IMG/VR virus record: IMGVR_UViG_2829740473_000003
Location: 3,016-67,015 of that record
DNA length: 64,000 bases
Source of the DNA: a virus
Lineage: Duplodnaviria; Caudoviricetes
Reading direction: 5' to 3' (one strand)
In this document: in pieces, positions 45,756-54,783 of the stretch
Position numbering within the stretch: position 1 is the first letter of the stretch
Layout of the letters: each line of letters begins with the position of its first letter
Notes under the pieces: model-generated
The model's input: only the letters and a program-made list of their open reading frames with translations
What the model was told of the DNA's origin: nothing
Databases searched by the model: none
Program-made: the position numbers and the translations under genes

Positions 45756-46204
45756 CGGCCTCCGAACACCCCGCCCCTGAGGGCGGCAGGCCCACCCGTG
45801 TCCAGCTTTCGCGCGCCAAGGGCTGGAAGATGCCAGAGAACGCCGTGAAGGTGGACCGCTCCACCCGCTGGGGGAACCACTTCCGAGTTCTCGCCTGCGA
45901 AGACGGATCGTTCGAGGTTCGCCGCAACATGGACGAGCTTTGGAACGCCCCGGAAGCCGTCGCAGAAAGCCGTGAAGGCGCCATCGCTGCCGCGGTCGAT
46001 CTGTTCCACGAATGGGCCATGGGCGAGTTCGGGCGGCACTTCCGCAGCCGCGTTCGGAGCGAATTGCGCGGCAAGAACCTCGCCTGCTGGTGCAAACTGG
46101 GCACGCCCTGCCATGCCGACGTGCTGCTGGAGATCGCGAACCGGCCCGTGTGCGAGCCCATCACCACCCACGCAAGCGAGAAGACCGATGAAGCCTCCAT
46201 CTGA
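45752..46204 (+). CDS. DUF4326-domain protein
   Basis: P.RVQ.SR.KGW.MP..V.VDR.TRWGN.F..LRGKNLACWC..CHADVLLEIAN. Confidence 0.85.
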   Translation: MTASEHPAPEGGRPTRVQLSRAKGWKMPENAVKVDRSTRWGNHFRVLACEDGSFEVRRNMDELWNAPEAVAESREGAIAAAVDLFHEWAMGEFGRHFRSRVRSELRGKNLACWCKLGTPCHADVLLEIANRPVCEPITTHASEKTDEASI

Positions 46205-46367
46205 ATATGAGAAGGCAAGGGATGCATTGATCGTGGCGGCCCTCATCGTCGTGGGGATATTCCTCGTCTTCGTCATCCTGTTGGCGCAGGCACGCGGCGA
46301 GCGCATCGCCGACGCGGGTTGGGGCCCCCTCTACTCCCCCGAGTGCGCGGAGGTGCACCAGGGATGA
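46188..46367 (+). CDS. Small single-TM protein
   Basis: One hydrophobic stretch; overlaps both neighbours. Confidence 0.45.
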   Translation: MKPPSEYEKARDALIVAALIVVGIFLVFVILLAQARGERIADAGWGPLYSPECAEVHQG

Positions 46368-46558
46368 GCCGTCGCCCCGCTCTGTTCACCCAAGCTGATC
46401 TCGCGCGCGTGTTCTGTGCCGCGAAGCGTGCGGGCATGGCTGTGCGTGTCGATCTTGTGCGGGGGACCGCCGAGGTGCTGCCCACAGAGAGGGTCCAGGC
46501 GATCACCACCCCAGATGTACAGCCTCCAGTTGAGCCCAAGCGGGTCATTGTGATGTGA
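46364..46558 (+). CDS. Excisionase-like protein
   Basis: MSRRPALFTQADLAR..AA..AG pattern, directly upstream of the integrase. Confidence 0.65.
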   Translation: MSRRPALFTQADLARVFCAAKRAGMAVRVDLVRGTAEVLPTERVQAITTPDVQPPVEPKRVIVM

Positions 46559-47637
46559 TGGCACCCATGCCCCGAGCCCGGCCGCCCTACCTGCTGCGAG
46601 AGGTGACGCGCCACGGCGCCGTCGCATGGTACGTGCGCAAGGACAAGGGCCCAAGGATCCGGCTTAGGGGCGAATACGGGACCGCCGAATTCTGGGCCGC
46701 CTATCGCGAAGCGCTCGAAGGCCGCGCTGCGTCCGATAAGGCAAAGGCCAACCCTCACACCTTGCAGTGGGCGATCGACCAGTATCGTCAAAGCTCGGCT
46801 TGGGCACGCCTCTCGATCGCGACGCGCCGCCAGAGGGAGAACATTTTCAAGGCCGTGATCAAGGCCGCTGGGAAGGAGAAGCTCTCCGACATCGACCGGG
46901 CTTCGATAATCGCCAGCCGGGAGCGCCGATCGGCGACACCCCACGCCGCCAACGTCTACCTCAAGACCATGCGCGCGTTCTTCGCGTGGGCAAGCGGCGA
47001 TGGAGGCTTAGTGGCGGACGATCCGACAAAAGGGGTCGGCCTCCTCAAGGGCAGCAATGATGCGGTCGGCTTCCATACCTGGACCGAGGAAGAAGTTGCC
47101 CGCTTCGAGGAGAAATGGCCGGTAGGGACACGGGAGCGACTCGCCTTCGACCTGCTCCTGTTTACCGGCCTCCGGCGCGGCGACGCAGTTCGGATCGGCC
47201 GCCAGCACGTGCGCGACGGCATGATTCACATCAAGGCAGAGAAGACCGGCGAGGACCTGTTCATCCCGATCCTGCAGCCGCTCGCCGACTCGATCGCGGC
47301 AGCTCCGACCGGCGACCTCGCCTTTATCATCGGCTCCGACGGAAAGCCCTTTGTGAAGGAGAGCTTCGGCAACTGGTTCCGGGAAGTTTGCCGGGCGGCG
47401 GGATGCCCTGGCTCAGCGCACGGGCTGAGGAAGGCGGGCGCCGTACGTGCGGCCGAGGCTGGAGCTTCCAACCGGGAGCTCATGGCACTGTTCGGCTGGA
47501 CCAGCGGAAAGATGGCGGATTTGTACACCCGGGCGGCCGATCGAAAGCGCCTGGCGAAGGCCGCCGCGGAACACCTCTTGAACAAAAATCCCCCGCACCT
47601 TGTACCCGGTGCGGGGAACAAGGCGAAAAACTCTTAA
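46558..47637 (+). CDS. int: Tyrosine integrase of prophage A
   Basis: FTGLRRGD (R), HGLRK (HxxR), GWT..MADLY (W, Y) catalytic motifs. Confidence 0.92.
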   Translation: MAPMPRARPPYLLREVTRHGAVAWYVRKDKGPRIRLRGEYGTAEFWAAYREALEGRAASDKAKANPHTLQWAIDQYRQSSAWARLSIATRRQRENIFKAVIKAAGKEKLSDIDRASIIASRERRSATPHAANVYLKTMRAFFAWASGDGGLVADDPTKGVGLLKGSNDAVGFHTWTEEEVARFEEKWPVGTRERLAFDLLLFTGLRRGDAVRIGRQHVRDGMIHIKAEKTGEDLFIPILQPLADSIAAAPTGDLAFIIGSDGKPFVKESFGNWFREVCRAAGCPGSAHGLRKAGAVRAAEAGASNRELMALFGWTSGKMADLYTRAADRKRLAKAAAEHLLNKNPPHLVPGAGNKAKNS

Positions 47638-47638
47638 A

Positions 47639-47651
47639 TTTCAATGTCTTA
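47639..47651 (+). promoter_or_regulatory. IHF-like site next to the att core
   Basis: TTTCAATGTCTTA, one mismatch to WATCAANNNNTTR. Confidence 0.45.
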
Positions 47652-47660
47652 GAAATTGAA

Positions 47661-47707
47661 TGGTGCCCAGGGGCGGAATCGAACCACCGACACTGCGATT
47701 TTCAGTC
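47661..47707 (-). repeat. att core: 3' half of tRNA-Phe(GAA), junction between elements A and B
   Basis: Minus strand GACTGAAAATCGCAGTGTCGGTGGTTCGATTCCGCCCCTGGGCACCA; D-arm and 5' acceptor strand are absent. Confidence 0.9.
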
Positions 47708-47826
47708 TTAAGGTTATCCCCCACGCTCGTGATCGCTCAATAGCAAAACGCTCATGTTCACTGGTTCTTTTTCAGCGGCGGACATTTTGCGGATGCTGTA
47801 CGATACCGATGATTTCCCCGGGCGTG

Positions 47827-47841
47827 GTTCCTCGGTGGTTC
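47827..47841. promoter_or_regulatory. LexA box upstream of integrase B
   Basis: GTTC-CTCGGTG-GTTC, ending 23 bp before the ATG at 47865. Confidence 0.55.
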
Positions 47842-47864
47842 CCGTTCGCTACATAGGCCATTGG

Positions 47865-49163
47865 ATGGGCACGAAAATCACTAAGCGGGCCGTAGACGCC
47901 CTAAAGCCGACGGCGCAGGAGTATTTTACTTGGGACTCTGATTTGCCGGGCTTTGGCGTCCGCGTCCGTCCGTCGGGGGCCATGAGCTACGTCGTGAAAT
48001 ACCGCGCGGGTAAGGGACGCTCCGCGCCGACGCGGCGCGTGACGATCTCTGCAGTAGGCAAAATCACACCTGAGGAGGCGCGGGAGCAGGCGAAGCGAGT
48101 TGTCGCTGACGCGATGCGGGGCAACGACCCTGCCCGCGAACGGGCTCGTGAGCGCGGCGCCCCTACCCTTTCGGCTCTTGCAGATCGTTTCCTTGCGGAA
48201 CATGTCGACGTGAAGCGGAAGGCCAGCACCTCAGTTGGCTACCGGGGCATCGTCGACCGCGATCTAAAGCCAGCGCTCGGAAGCCGAAAAGCCGAGACCA
48301 TCATCCGGGCCGACATTGCGCGACTGCACAGCGACATGGCCGATCGGCCCATCCAGGCAAATCGAATGATCGCAATCGTGGGCAAGCTATACGCTTGGTC
48401 TGCAAGCCGGGGGCTGACTCCGGAAGGCGTAAACCCCGCTCGCGGGATTGAGAAATATCGAGAGAGCGGGCGGGAGCGTTTTCTGACTGCCGAAGAGCTC
48501 GGGCGCCTCGGCGCAGCGCTGGAAGAAGCGGAGACCGTCGGCCTCCCCTATGTGGTTGACGAGGGGGGCCCGAAGGCCAAGCACGCACCAAAGGCCGAAA
48601 ACCGCAGGGTAACTCTCGGCCCCCATCCGGTGGCCGCATTGCGGTTGCTCCTATTCACCGGCGCGCGGCTCAGGGAAATTCTGCATCTGCGCTGGGAGGA
48701 GATTGATTTCGAACGCGGCCTGGCCTTCCTGCCTGACTCGAAAACGGGACGAAAACCACTTGTCTTGAGTTCGGCTGCGCTGCGAGTGCTGGCAGCCCTT
48801 CCGCGCGTCGGCCAATTTGTGATTGCCGGCGACAGTGAAGATCAGCCCCGGCGCGATCTCAATCGCCCTTGGATGGCGGTTCGGCGGCGGGCCAAGCTGG
48901 ACGGGGTGCGCCTCCACGATCTTCGGCATTCCTTCGCCAGCGTCGGTGCCGGCGCCGGCCTCGGGCTGACGATCGTCGGTAAGCTTTTAGGCCACGCTCA
49001 GCCGTCCACAACAGCCCGCTACAGCCATCTCGACGCTGACCCTCTCCGGCGTGCTGCGGACTCGATTAGCGACAAGATCTCAGCCGCGATGAGCGGAGCA
49101 AAAGCCGCGGACGTTGTTCGGATTAACACCCCCGACGGGCAGCCTCGCAAGATCGTGAGCTAG
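47865..49163 (+). CDS. int: Tyrosine integrase of element B (P4-like, N-terminal arm-binding domain)
   Basis: KITKRAVDAL..WDSDLPGFGVRV; TGARLRE, HDLRH, LGH..TARY motifs. Confidence 0.92.
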   Translation: MGTKITKRAVDALKPTAQEYFTWDSDLPGFGVRVRPSGAMSYVVKYRAGKGRSAPTRRVTISAVGKITPEEAREQAKRVVADAMRGNDPARERARERGAPTLSALADRFLAEHVDVKRKASTSVGYRGIVDRDLKPALGSRKAETIIRADIARLHSDMADRPIQANRMIAIVGKLYAWSASRGLTPEGVNPARGIEKYRESGRERFLTAEELGRLGAALEEAETVGLPYVVDEGGPKAKHAPKAENRRVTLGPHPVAALRLLLFTGARLREILHLRWEEIDFERGLAFLPDSKTGRKPLVLSSAALRVLAALPRVGQFVIAGDSEDQPRRDLNRPWMAVRRRAKLDGVRLHDLRHSFASVGAGAGLGLTIVGKLLGHAQPSTTARYSHLDADPLRRAADSISDKISAAMSGAKAADVVRINTPDGQPRKIVS

Positions 49164-49422
49164 GCCTGAGGCACTCACAGCTAAGCAGGCCGAAAATGCA
49201 GGAGCAATTTTTAGAAAAAGGGCTTCGAATTAAAAAGTTGTTTGATATCAACGAAGCTGACCGTTCTTGGGTTAAGGGCCTAGCGCAGGCTGTCAACACA
49301 GGGCCCGCTGGGGCGGCATCTTTCAAGGCCGATTTTTGTCAACAGTTGTAATGGCTTAGCCATTGACGCGCGACCTGAGACCCTCCACCCTATCCATTGT
49401 CCGCGATGGAGGGTGAAAGGCA

Positions 49423-49644
49423 ATGATCGAAAGCAAATCTCCGTATCTGACAATTTCCGATGCCTCGAAGTACCTGCGCTTAGCGCCGATCACCTTGGCC
49501 AAGATGCGGACTTACGGGGGCGGACCCGCGTTCATTAGGTTGTCTGCAAAGCACATCGTCTATCGGATCGACGACCTCGAGCATTGGGCGAGCGCTCGAC
49601 GTTTCAAGCACACCAGCGAATATGCCCGGGAGAGCGCAGCTTGA
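49423..49644 (+). CDS. alpA: AlpA/excisionase-like HTH regulator
   Basis: YLT..A..YL.L...TL..MR..GGGPAF......VY...DL..W. Confidence 0.85.
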   Translation: MIESKSPYLTISDASKYLRLAPITLAKMRTYGGGPAFIRLSAKHIVYRIDDLEHWASARRFKHTSEYARESAA

Positions 49645-50120
49645 ACGCAGTCTCGTGGTTTCCACCTGAGGAGGAGCCGCCGTCTCCCCTCCGCTTCACC
49701 GGCCCGATGGTCGTGTTTGGGCATTCATGCTTCGGATCGGTCGCCAATCTCTTCCTGCTGCCTGGGGTCGAGCCACTTTGCGCGCACCTTCGCTGCGCGC
49801 TTGAAGCCGCGCCGAACCTGCGCGTTATCGTCTTTGCCGACCCCCTAAAGGACTGCAATGGAACGCATTACCCCCTCCTGACAGACTTCAACCTTGAGGC
49901 GGTCAGGTGGGCAATCGCCGCAGCGGACGAGATCGAAGTTCAGGAAGCGGAACCGTCATTTGAAGAAGCAATCGGCCAAGGGCTCGTAGAAAGCCTTCGA
50001 TACCGTCGAAAACTGACGATTCGAACAGCCAAAGATCTGGTTTCGGCTTGGTCAGAATCGCTCCGTGGGGAGATCGCGCAAATCAAATCTGGCAACGAGG
50101 GCTCTCGCCCGATGTCCTAA
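49641..50120 (+). CDS. Hypothetical protein
   Basis: TTG start overlapping the alpA TGA; ORF fills the gap before the primase gene. Confidence 0.5.
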   Translation: MNAVSWFPPEEEPPSPLRFTGPMVVFGHSCFGSVANLFLLPGVEPLCAHLRCALEAAPNLRVIVFADPLKDCNGTHYPLLTDFNLEAVRWAIAAADEIEVQEAEPSFEEAIGQGLVESLRYRRKLTIRTAKDLVSAWSESLRGEIAQIKSGNEGSRPMS

Positions 50121-50127
50121 ATAAAAG

Positions 50128-50165
50128 AAGGCCCGGCGCGCTGGAGAGAGAGCGAACCGGGCCTT
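50128..50165. promoter_or_regulatory. Hairpin upstream of the primase gene
   Basis: AAGGCCCGG-N20-CCGGGCCTT. Confidence 0.4.
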
Positions 50166-50262
50166 GATGGTGGTTGAACATGACAAATGTAGACGAATTG
50201 CTCCGAGCAGGCGAGCAACATTTTCAGGCGCCGTGCGCTCTTCTTGCGCGAGGAGCCACAGA

Positions 50263-52923
50263 ATGACCATCAACCTCGTCGACATCCTGAACGACCACGC
50301 CGCCAATTTGGTTAAACAGAAGGCCCGTCAAGCGGCGGCGGCGGCAGGGATCGAAGCACGTTTCGCCGCGGCGCGCTCATCGCCGCTCCCCGAGGCCGCG
50401 GTTGATGAATACGGCTTTGCCGAGCCTGCTGGTGTGCCGGAAGACTTGGCCGAAGCCGCGCCCCCGGCCCGCGCCCGGCAAGACACCGTCAGCGACCAGA
50501 GCGCCACCCCCATGCTCGACCATGCACTCGCGGCGGCGCGCCGCGGCATTCGGGTCATTCCGATCCCAGCCAACAGCAAGGCGCCGGACCTGCCGAAGTG
50601 GCAGGAGAAGGCCACGACCGATGAAGCCCAGATCCGCCGGTGGGCGGAGGAACACCCGGGCTGCAACTGGGGCGGGCTGACGGGCTGTATCCTTGATTTC
50701 GACGTCAAGCACCGCAAGCGCGGCGCCGAGATGTTCGATCTCTTCCAGATGCTGTTCCCGGGCACGTACACCCAGCGGTCCGCGTCCGGCGGGTATCACA
50801 TGTTCTTCCGCCCGCCAGAGGGCGCGCCGCCCATCTCCAACGCCACAGGAAAGCTGCTCGCGAAGTTCGGCAAGGACTGCGGCATCGACGTCCGCGGCGC
50901 GGCCGGCCAGGTGGTGCTGGCGGGCTCCGTCGTGGACGGGAAGGCCTATGAGGTGGTCGACGACCTGCCGATCGCCGAAGCGCCGGAGGACCTGCTGGCG
51001 CTATGCGGGAAGGAACGGCGGAAGGATGGGGTCGGCACTGCCGAGGGCATCTTCGCTGACCACCCAGCGGACGTGGCGCGGGCGGTGGCGCTGCTGCGAG
51101 ACGCGGAGCCGGCGGTCGAAGGACAGGGCGGGGACCAGGCCACGTACGACCTTGCGTGCGAGGTGCGCGACCGCGGCGTGAGCGAATCGACCGCGTTGCA
51201 GCTGATGCTCGATCACTGGAACGAACGCTGCGAGCCGGTGTGGGAGGTGGAGGACCTTGCTACGAAGGTCAGCAACGCCTATGCCCACGCGAAGGACTAC
51301 GCTGGGAACAAGTCGGTAGCGGCGGACTTCGGGGCGCCGGACCCCGAGGCCCAGGAGCGGGTGGAGGCGTCGGAACCTCCCTGGGGCGATTGGCCGGAGC
51401 CAGAGGACCTTTGGGCCGACTCGCGCCCGCCTCCCCGCCTGCCGCCGGGCTTGCTGCCCTCCGTTCTCGAGCGCTGGGCCCGAGACGAAGCTCTCCGCAT
51501 GGATGACACCGACCCGGGGTGCTTCGCAGGGGCCGCTCTGTCCACGCTGAGCGGCATCGCGCCGGCGAGCCTCGAAGTCCAGGTCCGCCAAACGAACACT
51601 GGGTTCAAGGTCCGGCCGATCCTCTGGTGCGTTCTCGTGGGGGCGCCCGGCGCAAGGAAGACCCCGACCTTGAAGGAGGCGTGGAAGCCCGTCCAAGGCA
51701 TTCAGGGGCGGCTAGACGCTGCTAACCGCAAGGCGCGCGAGCAGCACCACGCCGCGCTGTCGGCAATGGGCAAGCAGAAGACAGGCACTCTGGGAGCGCC
51801 ACGGCCGGAGAGACCGCGACAGTCCTTCGTGTTGATTGAGGACGCGACCACTGAGGCGGTCGCGCGGGCGCTGGCGGAGAACGGCCAAGGCGTCGCGTGC
51901 TGCGTCGATGAGCTCCGCGGGTGGCTGTGCGGCTTTGATGCATACCGCGCAAACGGCAAAGGCAAGGACGCCGGCTTTTGGCTCAAGGGCAAGGACGGTT
52001 CGCCCCACCGGGTGCTCCGCGTCGGAAGCGACCCTATCGAGGTTGTGTCTGTCGCGGTCAGCGTCTGCGGCGGCATCCAGCCGGAGGTGCTCCGTGGAAT
52101 GTACCGTGACTTAGGCGCCGACGGCATGCTCCAGCGCTTTCTGGTCTTTCACGTCGCCAGCCCCGTTTCGGAACACGACCTCGCGCCCGACCTCGACGCG
52201 ATCGCCCGGTATCGGGCTGTGGCGGAAAAATTGTGGGAATTGCGCGGCGCCGGGGAATTCATGCCGTCTTTCCGGTTCGCGCCGGAGGCAGATCGGTTCA
52301 GACGTGAGGTTGTAGCTTTCCAGCAGCGCGAGATCCGCGCCCCCGACGCTCCGGCCGGACTTTGCGGCTGGCTCGACAAGCTCGAAGGCGAATGGGCCCG
52401 CATCGCATTGATGTTTCACCTGATCGATTGGGCGGACGGTGTCGAAAGCGACGCTCTCGACCTGCCACTTCGCGAGATCGGTCCTCTAAATGCCGAGCGC
52501 GCCTTTCGCTTCCTGACCGAGTACGTCTTTCCGCATGAGCTTTTCGTCCACCGGTGCGCCGATGGCAGGCGGGGCCCTGATTCCGATGCCGTATGGATCG
52601 CCGGGTACATTCTCAGCCACGAGAGCCTGGAAATTCGCCAGCGCGAAATCCTGAGAGCGAACGCGTCCCTCAAGAAGTTGCCACTCGAGGCGCAGGCGAG
52701 ACGTGTGGCAATAGCCATGGGCGAACTTTGCGAGGCGGGATGGGCACGGCGAGCGGAAGCTCAAAACGGTTCCGCGCCCTGGACCATCAACCCCGCCGTC
52801 CACCAGCGCTTCGCGGATATCGCAGTTCGGGAGCGAGCTCGCCGAGCGCATGCTCGCGAAAAAATCAGCGAAGCGGGCGCGGCTCGACGTGCCATCCGCG
52901 ATTTAACCACCGGGGGCACCTGA
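50263..52923 (+). CDS. Bifunctional primase/polymerase fused to a DUF3987 NTPase (replicase)
   Basis: Prim-Pol motifs VIPI..SKAP..W..ATTD..DFDVK..SGGYH; VGAPGARKT Walker A, CVDEL Walker B, G.LQRFL. Confidence 0.85.
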   Translation: MTINLVDILNDHAANLVKQKARQAAAAAGIEARFAAARSSPLPEAAVDEYGFAEPAGVPEDLAEAAPPARARQDTVSDQSATPMLDHALAAARRGIRVIPIPANSKAPDLPKWQEKATTDEAQIRRWAEEHPGCNWGGLTGCILDFDVKHRKRGAEMFDLFQMLFPGTYTQRSASGGYHMFFRPPEGAPPISNATGKLLAKFGKDCGIDVRGAAGQVVLAGSVVDGKAYEVVDDLPIAEAPEDLLALCGKERRKDGVGTAEGIFADHPADVARAVALLRDAEPAVEGQGGDQATYDLACEVRDRGVSESTALQLMLDHWNERCEPVWEVEDLATKVSNAYAHAKDYAGNKSVAADFGAPDPEAQERVEASEPPWGDWPEPEDLWADSRPPPRLPPGLLPSVLERWARDEALRMDDTDPGCFAGAALSTLSGIAPASLEVQVRQTNTGFKVRPILWCVLVGAPGARKTPTLKEAWKPVQGIQGRLDAANRKAREQHHAALSAMGKQKTGTLGAPRPERPRQSFVLIEDATTEAVARALAENGQGVACCVDELRGWLCGFDAYRANGKGKDAGFWLKGKDGSPHRVLRVGSDPIEVVSVAVSVCGGIQPEVLRGMYRDLGADGMLQRFLVFHVASPVSEHDLAPDLDAIARYRAVAEKLWELRGAGEFMPSFRFAPEADRFRREVVAFQQREIRAPDAPAGLCGWLDKLEGEWARIALMFHLIDWADGVESDALDLPLREIGPLNAERAFRFLTEYVFPHELFVHRCADGRRGPDSDAVWIAGYILSHESLEIRQREILRANASLKKLPLEAQARRVAIAMGELCEAGWARRAEAQNGSAPWTINPAVHQRFADIAVRERARRAHAREKISEAGAARRAIRDLTTGGT

Positions 52924-52935
52924 TTTTAATCACGC

Positions 52936-53082
52936 GGATCGAACTGTCACCACTGTCACTTGCGCGGGGGATAAAGGCATTTTTCCTATTTTTTATTCAA
53001 TAAAACTCTTTTTCTGATTTTTGATTTTTCTCTCTGTCCAACCTTCCTACCCGCGCAAGTGACAGTGGTGACAGTTCGATCC
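52936..53082. repeat. Perfect 33-bp inverted repeat flanking an 81-bp AT-rich spacer; probable replication origin
   Basis: GGATCGAACTGTCACCACTGTCACTTGCGCGGG (52936-52968) and its reverse complement (53050-53082); two CTGTCAC iterons per arm. Confidence 0.85.
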
Positions 53083-53101
53083 CCAAAGCGGGGTCAAAGC
53101 C

Positions 53102-53707
53102 ATGGAGTTCACGTTTAAGGGCCACGAGTACCGGTACCTGGGGCAAGAGCCCCACACGCGCCGCGACGGCTCGGAAACCCTTCTCTCGGTGTGGGAAACA
53201 CGCTGTGTCGAATGCGGCCGGCCTTTTCAGCTGCGCACGACGCTGCTCGGCCAAGGTGGTCCAACACGGCGTTGCGAGCAGCACCGGCTGCCGCGCCAGT
53301 GGTCGCCGCGCCGAAAGCCGGCAACCGGAAAGGCCAAGAAAGGATGCCGAGAGGTGCCCACCAAAGCGCCCGGCCGTGCGCGCACCCGCTCTGCCGCGCC
53401 GACGCGCCCCAGGCACCAAATCTGTGCCGCCGCGGCCCGCACCCTCGCCCGGAGTCGCCGGTTCGGCGAGTGGCGCACCCTGCAGTCGCTGATGTGGCTC
53501 GCGTCGGGGGATGACTGGCGCGCGCTGCGCGAGCCTGACGGCCGAAGCGAGAGCCTCAGACGCGAGCTCGGCGGCCGATCGGAAATCCCGACGCCGCAGG
53601 GAACCCTGCAGGTGGAGGAGCGGACAAAAGGCCATTGGCATTTTCGCCTGCCGCCCCTCGCCGACTGGGCCGAGGAAATGGCGGGTCGATACCCCTGGCT
53701 GGGCTGA
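53102..53707 (+). CDS. Hypothetical protein with CxxC motif
   Basis: CVEC..C..H; basic central region. Confidence 0.6.
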   Translation: MEFTFKGHEYRYLGQEPHTRRDGSETLLSVWETRCVECGRPFQLRTTLLGQGGPTRRCEQHRLPRQWSPRRKPATGKAKKGCREVPTKAPGRARTRSAAPTRPRHQICAAAARTLARSRRFGEWRTLQSLMWLASGDDWRALREPDGRSESLRRELGGRSEIPTPQGTLQVEERTKGHWHFRLPPLADWAEEMAGRYPWLG

Positions 53708-53746
53708 CACGCCTCAGCTGTCGCTGAACCGCCCCTCGCGGTTCGC

Positions 53747-54157
53747 TCAGGCATTGTAGTCGGGATGCCCCGGCTCCGGCCGGCCATTCACGACTCGGGG
53801 TCGGCTCCAGGGGAAGCGCCGGCGCGCTGGGGCCGGCGAAAGGTGGAAGGCGGCGCGCGGCCGCGGCGCGCTGTACGCCCCTTCCCGGTTCGCCCAATCG
53901 AGATAATCCGGATCGCCTGGCATGGGGTGCGTCGGCGCGGCGCTCGCCGACCTGCTGTCCCTGATCTCCCGCAGCAGAGCGCCGCCGGCAAGGATCGGCA
54001 GGCCCACAGTGATGGCGAGCAGCCAGCGCAAGGTCGCCACGACCAGCCCCACGCCGATCAGCAGCAGCAGGATCCAGCCTCCCGCCACGAGGGCCGGGAT
54101 GAACAGCCCAGTCAGCAGGAGCGCGAGAAGGAAAAAGGCCACCAGGAGGGCGCGCAC
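53747..54157 (-). CDS. Membrane protein with Pro/Arg-rich tail
   Basis: About 65-aa hydrophobic N-terminus. Confidence 0.55.
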   Translation of the reverse strand: MRALLVAFFLLALLLTGLFIPALVAGGWILLLLIGVGLVVATLRWLLAITVGLPILAGGALLREIRDSRSASAAPTHPMPGDPDYLDWANREGAYSAPRPRAAFHLSPAPARRRFPWSRPRVVNGRPEPGHPDYNA

Positions 54158-54552
54158 GGCTCAGCTCCAAGCGTTGCACGGACCGAGGATGGCAGCTTCC
54201 GCGGGAGCTGTCGACGGCGTATTATTGATATGTTGTATCAATTAGAAGGACGCAGCCGGGAAGGCATTGTGCGCGCCTCTTGAATCCTAAGAACATCTGC
54301 AACCGTTCTTATCGCCAGCTCACAGCTGACAGGATGAAGGGTTTCCCCGAAAAACAGGCCCCTGCCGCCTCCAACGCTCTTTTAATCAAACGGACCAGAG
54401 ATCCGCCCGACCCTGTCGCAGATGTCAGGCACCTTGCCCGCGCATGTGGAGGATGTCCCGATAGAGCGGCTGCCGGTGCGCCATTGTGCAGGCTGTCCGG
54501 GCTTCAGCGACAACGGCAGCCCCGCTAAACATGCCACCGCATTGATGCGAGG

Positions 54553-54586
54553 AGCCGGACGGCGCAGCAAGGTCCGCCGTCCGGCT
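54553..54586. repeat. 12-bp perfect inverted repeat in a long intergenic region
   Basis: AGCCGGACGGCG-N10-CGCCGTCCGGCT. Confidence 0.7.
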
Positions 54587-54783
54587 GCCTACCCCGTGTG
54601 AAACTTGGGCCGTGGCAGGCAGATGCAACCTATCGCAACCTAAAGCAGAGCAGCAAGAGCCGGGCGCACATGCGGGGGAATGGCGCCCGGCTCTCCCGAC
54701 GCCGGCCGGCCGTGGCGAGCAGTTGGATAACGACCCTCATGGAGCGCAGAGAGGCATGCGCAGGTCGATGTTAAGAATACTAC

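Larger units (their letters stand above)
1..47707. mobile_element. Temperate siphovirus-type prophage (element A); left boundary lies outside the window
   Basis: Head, tail, lysogeny, replication and recombination modules in canonical order; tyrosine integrase ends 23 bp before a tRNA-Phe 3' fragment (att core). Confidence 0.93.

Noticed and set aside
47591-47619. 9-bp inverted repeat and a GAAC-N7 half site at the end of integrase A as a LexA box
   Set aside because: Second half-site does not match; lies inside the coding sequence and is more plausibly an integrase arm-type site
47661-47856. Possible intact tRNA-Phe, and the 66-aa ORF overlapping it
   Set aside because: Similarity stops in the anticodon stem with no D-arm or 5' acceptor strand, so it is an att duplication; the ORF is just a translation of it
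54224-54242. TTGAT..ATCAA palindrome as an FNR/FixK box
   Set aside because: Spacer is 7 nt rather than the required 4
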